IMG/VR virus record: IMGVR_UViG_3300030943_000055
Strand: one strand, 5' to 3'
Length of the DNA: 42,474 bases
DNA from: a virus
The notes beneath the pieces are model-generated. The model saw only the letters and a program-made list of their open reading frames with translations, was not told the origin of the DNA and searched no databases. A program made the position numbers and the translations under genes. Numbering within the stretch: the stretch's first letter is position 1; every line of letters starts with the position of its first letter. Below are positions 19,169-25,484 of this stretch, piece by piece.

Positions 19169-19467
19169 TCGTGACCTCCTAATTCTAGTGAAATGCGAAC
19201 TGCAACTTCATCTTCAAACTCTTTTACCCATACAGTGAAACGACCTAAAGAAACTTGTGCTTCTCGGTATTCCTCTTCTGAGCCATAAAAGTATTCTAGT
19301 GCTGAACTTGTCAATCGTGAAATACAATCAACTAATTCACCATGTGTCGGAACGTGGTCTTCTCCGTAAGTCCAACCATAAAGGTTAAACAACGGTGCTG
19401 CCTGATTAGCAGCTGCGTCAATGTCTTTGTAAAGACGGTCTGTTGTGATTCTATCAAATACGCTCAT
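19153..19467 (-). CDS. hypothetical protein (104 aa)
   Basis: ORF with AAGGAG RBS. Confidence 0.6.
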   Translation of the reverse strand: MSVFDRITTDRLYKDIDAAANQAAPLFNLYGWTYGEDHVPTHGELVDCISRLTSSALEYFYGSEEEYREAQVSLGRFTVWVKEFEDEVAVRISLELGGHEWFKA

Positions 19468-19468
19468 A

Positions 19469-19642
19469 TTACTCCTTTACTGATTCTACTTCGTAAACAC
19501 CAGTGTTAGTGTGACAAACATCGCCAACCTGGATTAGTGCTGCACCACGAGTAATGATACTCTCATGTGGCTGTCCGTCTACATCTCCATGTAAAATGGT
19601 TTCTGTGATGTATGCGTTACTGATTTTCTGTACTGATTCCAT
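19469..19642 (-). CDS. hypothetical small protein (57 aa)
   Basis: Below the track cutoff. Translated by hand: MESVQKISNAYITETILHGDVDGQPHESIITRGAALIQVGDVCHTNTGVYEVESVKE. Fills the gap between neighbouring genes exactly. Confidence 0.5.
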   Translation of the reverse strand: MESVQKISNAYITETILHGDVDGQPHESIITRGAALIQVGDVCHTNTGVYEVESVKE

Positions 19643-20540
19643 TGATTTTTCCTTCCAATAGTTGTTCTTTATACCACTGGGCTAACCCAAATGTGGCGTA
19701 CTTCATAATATCTGATTTATAGATACTATAAAGTTGTTCTTTGATATTCTCTTGCTCTTCAGTATCTAAGTCAACATAGACCTCCTTAAGTAACAAACCA
19801 ATATCTTTAGGTGTACCAGTCAACTCTCCATTGTCTCGGAGGTGCTGTACTGCCTTATTCCATCGAGCCTCTGTACGATAATTCTCTTTCAAGACATCGA
19901 ACTTACCCTTACCAGTGTTTAGCTTAGACCAATCTTTCTGGTGTACTTCCTTAAATGCCTCTGTGACATATTTACCAGACATAACCGATAACGGAATCTG
20001 TCCAAGGAATAACCAATTCTTGTATGCCTTTACTACAACACCTTCAATCTTTTGTCCACCGAGATAGCTAACTGTGTCTTCTACCATATCTAGTATCGCA
20101 CTCTGGCTAATCTCACCCCTGAACAATAACGGAACTGGGTCAACATCTAGTTTATCTGACCATTCCTTGATTGAATCGTAGTTAAGATACTCATGTGTCT
20201 CGCTAACATATACACCAAACATTGCGAAGAAGTTTTTAGGCGTTCTATCGTATGCTAGTGTCGAGTGGCGTGGAGTTCCCAGTGTTTCACCGTAGAACCA
20301 AATACCCTCTGGAAGCCTGTCTTCTATCGAATGCACATATTCCCATACTGGTCGGAATAGTTTATCTGGCTCTTCAAACTCACGTCCTTTTGAGCGAGTA
20401 ACAACTACTCCATCTATTTTACCAAATGAAAACTGTGAACCGTCAAGTTTCTCAGTAATCTCCACCTCACCTTCAAAAAGGTCAAGGATTTGTTTGTCCC
20501 CGATATGTAGAATCTTAGGGAAAGCTGCTGTTTTACTCAC
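19617..20540 (-). CDS. ATP-dependent RNA ligase (Rnl-type)
   Basis: Nucleotidyl-transferase motif I EITEKLDGSQFSF. 307 aa, with no obvious OB/DNA-ligase extension. GTG start with GAGGA RBS. Neighbours are Pnkp and a ligase-associated NTase. Confidence 0.7.
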   Translation of the reverse strand: MSKTAAFPKILHIGDKQILDLFEGEVEITEKLDGSQFSFGKIDGVVVTRSKGREFEEPDKLFRPVWEYVHSIEDRLPEGIWFYGETLGTPRHSTLAYDRTPKNFFAMFGVYVSETHEYLNYDSIKEWSDKLDVDPVPLLFRGEISQSAILDMVEDTVSYLGGQKIEGVVVKAYKNWLFLGQIPLSVMSGKYVTEAFKEVHQKDWSKLNTGKGKFDVLKENYRTEARWNKAVQHLRDNGELTGTPKDIGLLLKEVYVDLDTEEQENIKEQLYSIYKSDIMKYATFGLAQWYKEQLLEGKINGISTENQ

Positions 20541-21267
20541 TTAAATCCTCATACTTCCATTTATATTCCTGTAACTCTTCAGTGTATGCTCTGTAAATGA
20601 AATCTTCTATCCATTCAATGTCTGGTTTCCAGTCCATAACTGGGCTGATAGACTCTGCGGTTGCAACACGCCTGGACATTTCATCCATAGCTGCTACAAT
20701 TTCTGGTGTGAATGGTCGAATCTCTTCAAGCGTCATAGGCTTAATCTTCTTCAATAGAGGATAGATGTCAGCTTCTGCAATGTTGCATTTGAATTGACCA
20801 GTAAGTAAGAATTGTTCACATTGCCACATGACACGTAAGAATGCTACTGCGAACTTAGCTGTGCGTTGTTGACCAAGAACTCCTACGTCTTCAAAGTTGT
20901 AGAACTTGTTCCATTGATTGTGAGCATAACCTCTACTGGCTGCAACGAATCGTTTCGTATCAATAAACTTTTTCCAGTTGGCTCTAAGTTCAGCGTGTAT
21001 CGGAGTCGTTTCAATGATTTCGTCTGAAAAGAAGACTTCGAGGATTGTTGCGTTCCCATGTACCGCTTGCTTACAGAAATCTGCGAGTTCGTAACTCGTA
21101 TTGTCTTCATCACCCTCTATCCACGTAGTGTTCTTAAGAGTTTTGAAAGGACTAAGTTTATCCTGTAAGCTGTGTATATGTATGCCACGAAAATCGTAAT
21201 CACTAGTGCCCGTATTAAGCCCATGTAATCTACTCCCTACTAGTACTTTAGCTATTTGTGTTGTCAT
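20533..21267 (-). CDS. Pol-beta superfamily nucleotidyltransferase of the RNA-ligase-associated (RlaP-like) type
   Basis: N-terminus VLVGSRLHGLNTGTSDYDFRGIHI is the GS...D.D NTase signature. Overlaps the ligase gene by 8 nt. The family name is from memory and needs HMM confirmation. Confidence 0.6.
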   Translation of the reverse strand: MTTQIAKVLVGSRLHGLNTGTSDYDFRGIHIHSLQDKLSPFKTLKNTTWIEGDEDNTSYELADFCKQAVHGNATILEVFFSDEIIETTPIHAELRANWKKFIDTKRFVAASRGYAHNQWNKFYNFEDVGVLGQQRTAKFAVAFLRVMWQCEQFLLTGQFKCNIAEADIYPLLKKIKPMTLEEIRPFTPEIVAAMDEMSRRVATAESISPVMDWKPDIEWIEDFIYRAYTEELQEYKWKYEDLSE

Positions 21268-21550
21268 AGAACCACCTTAGCATAGCAGGTTCGATTGAAG
21301 GTTGAATCTTAACCAAACAATCAGCTAAACTTTGGAAACTAAAAACCGTTTTGTAATCACCGTCTGGGTCTTTCTGATACACAACTGTAATTGTGCCATC
21401 AGCCCTACCCAATAATGTCGATTTTTGAGACAAAAGTTTAGTAAGTTCGTTGATTAATTTGCGTTCTGTCCACTTCTTCCATACTTTGTACGTCCCATCG
21501 CTAAAACGAACAGAAACAGAAGGAACTTTATTGCCGTATATTTTTGCCAT
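21248..21550 (-). CDS. hypothetical protein (100 aa)
   Basis: ORF in operon context. Confidence 0.6.
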   Translation of the reverse strand: MAKIYGNKVPSVSVRFSDGTYKVWKKWTERKLINELTKLLSQKSTLLGRADGTITVVYQKDPDGDYKTVFSFQSLADCLVKIQPSIEPAMLRWFYDNTNS

Positions 21551-21560
21551 TTGAATACCC

Positions 21561-21821
21561 CTATTCTACAAACTTAATTAGTGTTCCGTCTTTTGGTAAA
21601 CGTCCACTTGTATCAACGCCATATTCTGCGTATCCAAGATAGCCACGTTCCTCAAGTTTCTTTACTGCTGCGTCCATGCTGTCTTCTTCGACCATAGCAG
21701 ATGCGTAGTTCAATAGCCTATAGCCATCCTGTGCATCATCCATGTTCTCTTCAGCCATCTCATCCCAGCCGTAAAACTTGCCTTTGTGTTCTTTTACAAT
21801 CCAAACGTTATTCGCTGACAT
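21561..21821 (-). CDS. hypothetical acidic protein (86 aa from the ATG)
   Basis: The track ORF starts at a GTG at 21827. The ATG at 21821 has a GGAAGGG RBS. Confidence 0.55.
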   Translation of the reverse strand: MSANNVWIVKEHKGKFYGWDEMAEENMDDAQDGYRLLNYASAMVEEDSMDAAVKKLEERGYLGYAEYGVDTSGRLPKDGTLIKFVE

Positions 21822-21975
21822 GACCACCCTTCCTAACTGTATAATTAATCATACTGTAAAGTTTCTGTTTGTCCGTATGTGCAATATCACAATCTCTTAT
21901 GCTATCCATAAATCGTAGACTGGCTACAAAACCAAGGTCTGCGTTCTTTACAATTACTATTGACTCAACTCCCAT
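21808..21975 (-). CDS. hypothetical small protein (55 aa)
   Basis: Hand-translated: MGVESIVIVKNADLGFVASLRFMDSIRDCDIAHTDKQKLYSMINYTVRKGGHVSE. Fills an otherwise empty 150-nt gap. Confidence 0.35.
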   Translation of the reverse strand: MGVESIVIVKNADLGFVASLRFMDSIRDCDIAHTDKQKLYSMINYTVRKGGHVSE

Positions 21976-21979
21976 TGAA

Positions 21980-22216
21980 TTACCCCTTTGCTGCTATAGC
22001 AAGTAATCTACCAGGATTGAAACTGATTGTGAAATCTTCCCAGTCGTTCAACACCGTGATAGGTACTATCATAGCACCCGATTTTTCTATTACTTCTTGA
22101 CGTAGCTTCGGGTTTTCGCTAATGTCAACAAGTTCGTACTTAACACCTTTCATATCAAATAGCTTGGCTACTGCCTTGCAATATGAACATGTTGGTGTCT
22201 TATAAATTGTTATCAT
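21980..22216 (-). CDS. glutaredoxin / NrdH-like redoxin
   Basis: MITIYKTPTCSYCKAVAKL: a CxxC active site after beta1, with the cis-Pro motif IVPIT. 78 aa. Confidence 0.8.
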   Translation of the reverse strand: MITIYKTPTCSYCKAVAKLFDMKGVKYELVDISENPKLRQEVIEKSGAMIVPITVLNDWEDFTISFNPGRLLAIAAKG

Positions 22217-22550
22217 CTTCTTTTTCCTCGTAGGTTACTTTAGTTTCTATTCTCCCTAGAGGATATAATCCATCGTCCTGTAAGTACCGTATGTAATACT
22301 CAGCCTGTAGGAGTTCTTTGAGTAGTGCCGTTTTGTATGCCCTAACTGCTGGTAAAAGCTCTCTAGGATACTTATCTTGACTCCATTTACCATTAGCTTC
22401 TAATGCAAATGTGTCTACTCTATCACCTTGAGTGACAAAAATAGATGGTACAAGTTTAGCTAGGACATATTTCTTATCCTCTTCTTTAGCTGCTTTGATT
22501 TGCTCTTGCAACTGTTCTCTCAACCACTCGATACTAAACTCTTTAGCCAT
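22200..22550 (-). CDS. hypothetical protein (116 aa)
   Basis: ORF with AAGGGGGA RBS. Confidence 0.6.
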   Translation of the reverse strand: MAKEFSIEWLREQLQEQIKAAKEEDKKYVLAKLVPSIFVTQGDRVDTFALEANGKWSQDKYPRELLPAVRAYKTALLKELLQAEYYIRYLQDDGLYPLGRIETKVTYEEKEDDNNL

Positions 22551-22560
22551 CTATCCCCCT

Positions 22561-22749
22561 TTACGCTGCTTCGCCTGGAAGCGCTCCGTAACCGCCTAGT
22601 ATATCATTAACTAGGTGAACTTGTCGTTCTAGGTCTGAGTAACGTTCTAGCAGAAAGCCTTTATATTCTGTTAATTGTTCAGGATTGAATCCTTCTAAAG
22701 TCTCTTGTTCTGTCATTCCTGGCAAAACTTCTTGTGGACTAAACTCCAT
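22561..22749 (-). CDS. hypothetical acidic protein (62 aa)
   Basis: ORF in operon context. Confidence 0.5.
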   Translation of the reverse strand: MEFSPQEVLPGMTEQETLEGFNPEQLTEYKGFLLERYSDLERQVHLVNDILGGYGALPGEAA

Positions 22750-23485
22750 TTACAACCCTTCCTATCTTTTTAAGTGATGCTTCTGAACACCATCCTCCAC
22801 AATTCTGACATTGATAACGTTGTGTTTGACCCGAACGTTTCTTGTTAAAGCCACGCTTATGCAAGTTATCGCTACCACACTTAGGACAAATACCATCAGA
22901 CTGATGAATATCCCCAAGATTAGGGTGACTAGCCATAAAAGGAAGCATCCTAAGATAAATAGCTTCAAGAAGGTTAACATCTTGGTCGTTATATTTCTTA
23001 AGAAGTTTGACCGTTTTCTTGGAAGGATTCCCAGACATGTAATCGTCTTCGAGGTTTGCATATCCTATGCTTTCCTTCCTACCAAGTCCAAGAAAGTACC
23101 CAAGGTCATCCAAGGAGTTGCTGTCGAATCTGAACCAGCGTTTTGCCTCATGTTTAGTATCAACGGTTTTTCGTGGTTTTGGAGGTAAGATACCTTCAGT
23201 GACAAAGAACCTGTTAGACATCTTATCATCAAAGCTGCCACCATTGTGTGCGATAGTAATATCCGCACCATCCAGTAACGCTTGTAAGCTCTGGACAAAA
23301 TCGTGATACGTTTTGAAATCGTACCGTGATACAAAATGGACATTCTTTTCCCCTAACTCTTTCCATGAATAACACATTAATTCTGATTGTTTGGTGAACT
23401 TAACCACCTTGAAGTCCCAGCGATTGCCGTAACCCTCTACTTGTGTACGACTAGTTTCCAGGTCGTATAAGATAATTCTACTCAT
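22739..23485 (-). CDS. DnaQ/PolB-type 3'-5' exonuclease with a C-terminal zinc ribbon
   Basis: ExoI ILYDLETS and ExoII IAHNGGSFDDKM. C-terminal zinc ribbon CPKCGS...CQNCGG. Confidence 0.7.
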   Translation of the reverse strand: MSRIILYDLETSRTQVEGYGNRWDFKVVKFTKQSELMCYSWKELGEKNVHFVSRYDFKTYHDFVQSLQALLDGADITIAHNGGSFDDKMSNRFFVTEGILPPKPRKTVDTKHEAKRWFRFDSNSLDDLGYFLGLGRKESIGYANLEDDYMSGNPSKKTVKLLKKYNDQDVNLLEAIYLRMLPFMASHPNLGDIHQSDGICPKCGSDNLHKRGFNKKRSGQTQRYQCQNCGGWCSEASLKKIGRVVNGV

Positions 23486-23567
23486 TTGCTATCTTCTCAA
23501 TTTCTTCCAGTGTTGCCTCGTTGAGTAGCCAAGTCTCCACATCGTCTGGTTTATTACTATTTGACAT
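23478..23567 (-). CDS. hypothetical 29-aa leader peptide/protein
   Basis: Strong AGGAGA RBS. MSNSNKPDDVETWLLNEATLEEIEKIANE. Overlaps the exonuclease start codon. Confidence 0.4.
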   Translation of the reverse strand: MSNSNKPDDVETWLLNEATLEEIEKIANE

Positions 23568-23654
23568 TTATTCTCCTATTATATTCACAACCCCTTCCGT
23601 AAAATAACTAAGCTCCGTATTACAGTCCGAAGACACTTACGGTTTAATTACTCA

Positions 23655-23683
23655 TTATAGGAAGGGTTTTAAATACAATACAA
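23655..23683 (-). promoter_or_regulatory. sigma70-type promoter for the exonuclease operon
   Basis: Minus-sense TTGTAT (23683-23678), 17-nt spacer, TATAAT (23660-23655). The 80-nt leader contains a CCGTA...TACGG stem capped by GTC-UUCG-GAC. Confidence 0.55.
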
Positions 23684-23874
23684 CTGCTAACCAATTCGCC
23701 TGAATGCAGTACGGTTCGTACCGAAACACCTGGTGATTAAATCCAGTACCATTAAGACAGGACACGAGAGTACTCGTATGGTTAAAGGATAATATACTAC
23801 GGAACTGTCATCAACAGCTCTACGGAAATCTCGTTTGGCTGACTTACGCCTGATTAGCATGTGTATTGTATTTA

Positions 23875-23968
23875 TGGCTGCGATGCCAGGTATCGAACCT
23901 GGGCATTATCGTGTACTTTGATAGTCAAGGTTTATTAGACCTCCGCTCTGCCGCTGAGCTACATCGCA
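23875..23968 (-). tRNA. tRNA, class-II-like (24-nt variable region), anticodon AAT (would read Ile AUU), CCA encoded
   Basis: Hand fold: acceptor TGCGATG/CATCGCA; D arm GCTC-AGCGGCA-GAGC; anticodon arm GAGGT-CTAATAA-ACCTT; variable region GACTATCAAAGTACACGATAATGC; T arm CCAGG-TTCGATA-CCTGG; then G-CCA. Confidence 0.75.
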
Positions 23969-23972
23969 TTAT

Positions 23973-24001
23973 TGGTGGAGAGACTTTTACGGTGTCGCCC
24001 C
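23973..24001 (-). ncRNA. CCA-ended acceptor-like minihelix with G3:U70 and A73
   Basis: GGGGCGAC-ACCGTAAAA-GTCTCTCC-A-CCA. Seven pairs and one C:U mismatch, with a G:U wobble at the third pair. No T arm. Confidence 0.4.
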
Positions 24002-24012
24002 AGTTCATCCAA

Positions 24013-24098
24013 AACGTAATCAGGGATTGAACCTGAAACATGCTCCTATATTTGTGCTCATACATGGAGCTGCGTTACCTTGCACACGCCTTTACGTC
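24013..24098 (-). tRNA. tRNA-like gene with a 19-nt anticodon loop (identity unresolved, no encoded CCA)
   Basis: Acceptor GACGTAA/TTACGTT (G1:U72); D arm GCGT-GTGCAAGGTA-ACGC; anticodon stem GCTCC/GGAGC enclosing ATGTATGAGCACAAATATA; variable loop ATGTT; T arm TCAGG-TTCAATC-CCTGA. Confidence 0.65.
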
Positions 24099-24105
24099 AT
24101 ATATT

Positions 24106-24187
24106 TGGTGGAGTATGAGAGAATCGAACTCTCGTCCCAAGGGTTTCCAACTCGTGGATTTACGCCTGGTCTAACCATTGATACCCC
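24106..24187 (-). ncRNA. tRNA-like domain (acceptor + T arm, alanine identity elements, non-canonical body), CCA encoded
   Basis: GGGGTAT/ATACTCC acceptor with G3:U70, then A73 and CCA. T arm GAGAG-TTCGATT-CTCTC preceded by GGAC. No 5-bp/7-nt anticodon hairpin can be drawn in the 47 nt between them. Confidence 0.55.
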
Positions 24188-24263
24188 AGAAAGGAGGACA
24201 GGGCTGAGGAGTGCGTGCCTCACTTGCGTCAACTACTCCATGTAGCCGAACCCATCTTCCTAT

Positions 24264-24344
24264 CTACAAGTTTATAATTCTTGACTGGTCTGTACCCTGG
24301 TTTCCGAACATTCGGTTGGGCAGATGTGGTAAAATATTTGGCAT
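24264..24344 (-). CDS. possible 26-aa ORF between the secreted-protein gene and the tRNA-like cluster
   Basis: GAAGGAAG RBS lies 5 nt before the ATG. MPNILPHLPNRMFGNQGTDQSRIINL. No other support. Confidence 0.25.
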   Translation of the reverse strand: MPNILPHLPNRMFGNQGTDQSRIINL

Positions 24345-24370
24345 ATTTACTTCCTTCAATAATTATTCAT

Positions 24371-24993
24371 TTAATACCAGTTAACCGCATTGTGGTGCTG
24401 TAGGGCATTTGCCCAAGAGCCGTAACGTCCTATAACATAGGAGTTCATCCAGCGTATTTGACAAGCACCGTCTGCGTTTGGTGGCATTCCGCAACCAGAT
24501 TTGCCACAGGGTAATTCCTGGGCTACTCCACAAGCATTCGAGCCTCCAGTATTGTACAACTGAGGGTTACAAGAGCCGTTCTCACGTCTTTGTAATTCAA
24601 TAGCACTATTGAGTTCCGAACTGCTAACGACAGAAGCAAGCCAAGCCTGACAGTTACCACTGACTGCAACCTGAGTAGATACTCTAATGGTCTGCTGCCG
24701 TGCTGCCTCTAACTTTTCTTGCTTTAGTCTTTTAAAGCGGAGTTTTCCTGTTCTAGTTGTGTAATCTTCGCATCTTTTTCACTAACAGCTGTTGTCAACT
24801 GTTGTTTTTCCGTTTGCACGGTCTTCAGATTCGATTCGATTTTACTAGTCTCTTGCTGTGACTCCTGAAGGGATTGCTCCGCTTTTTGGATTGAGGCTGC
24901 ATGAGCAGTCTGCACAAACACATAAGCAACTAGAAGGACTGTAACAACTGCCAGGATAGCTGCTGTCTTAGACCATTTTACGATTGTACGAAT
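24371..24993 (-). CDS. secreted coiled-coil protein with a Cys-rich C-terminal domain ending RYGSWANALQHHNAVNWY; needs a -1 frameshift at 24730-24736 and probably an ATT start
   Basis: Two ORFs (24724-24921 and 24371-24559; the latter frame is open to 24778) join through a -1 shift. Upstream, in frame, lies a signal peptide KWSKTAAILAVVTVLLVAYVFVQTAHA/AS. It has no ATG/GTG/TTG; an ATT at 24993-24991 sits 5 nt after GAAAGGA. Confidence 0.55.
24730..24736 (-). other. candidate -1 programmed frameshift heptamer T_TTA_AAA
   Basis: Minus-sense gcT TTA AAA Gac TAA. The 0 frame stops 2 codons later. The -1 frame (TTT AAA AGA CTA AAG...) continues for 119 codons. Confidence 0.5.
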
Positions 24994-25102
24994 AAACGTC
25001 CTTTCGTTATTTGATATAGGGTAGTGACTGATAGTCCGTTTTGGTAATTCTTAACCTAAATGGTTCTGAACGGTTCTCTCTAACTGTTCTACTCTACTGG
25101 GT

Positions 25103-25157
25103 ATTATATCAAACTCGAGCCAAAAAGTCAAGGGCTTTTTACAATAAAGTGTTGTAG
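25103..25157 (-). promoter_or_regulatory. consensus promoter P1 with upstream CTACAACAC box
   Basis: Minus-sense CTACAACAC (25157-25149), 17 nt, TTGACT (25131-25126), 17 nt, TGaTATAAT (-10 at 25108-25103). Confidence 0.75.
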
Positions 25158-25160
25158 TCT

Positions 25161-25484
25161 TTACATATTGCTCATCCAGTACATAAAATCGTACTGTGCT
25201 ACCGTGAACTTTGGTTCAAAATATCTGCTACCCTTCCAGTTGTTGCATTTAGCATGTTCTGGATGTAGGTTAGTCGGGTCGAATACACGAGACGGTTCTC
25301 TTGACCTGGAGTAGATATGACCGAGCGTGACTTCCTCGGCAATGATGAACCTTCCGCAATGTCCACAGACGTAACAACCGTTATCGAGTGGTGGATTTTG
25401 TTTCTTCCATTTCTGGATGAACTTGAGCCATTCATGTGTTTTGTCCCCCATTGAGTTTAAACTGCTATTATAGTAACCATTCAT
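25161..25484 (-). CDS. HNH endonuclease (107 aa)
   Basis: CYVCGHCG...LGHIYSRS...NLHPEHAKCNNWKG matches the HNH/zinc-finger pattern. Confidence 0.75.
   Translation of the reverse strand: MNGYYNSSLNSMGDKTHEWLKFIQKWKKQNPPLDNGCYVCGHCGRFIIAEEVTLGHIYSRSREPSRVFDPTNLHPEHAKCNNWKGSRYFEPKFTVAQYDFMYWMSNM

Noticed and set aside
24027-24245. 72-aa plus-strand ORF, preceded late in its length by a strong-looking AAAGGAGGA (24189-24197)
   Set aside because: It lies antisense to three tRNA-like structures, which explain the sequence better (T arms, acceptor stems, CCA ends on the minus strand). The AGGAGG is simply the complement of the CCTCCT tract upstream of the tRNA-like domain. There is no operon context on the plus strand.
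23875-24370. A full-length tmRNA (ssrA) spanning the tRNA-like region
   Set aside because: The 5' GGGG and the 3' T-arm/CCA of the best candidate are only 82 nt apart (134 nt with the alternative strand). I found no pseudoknot-sized body. No tag ORF ends in a hydrophobic ...AA-stop; the frames give ...FWGING-stop or ...WLDQA-stop. Only a tRNA-like domain resemblance is retained.
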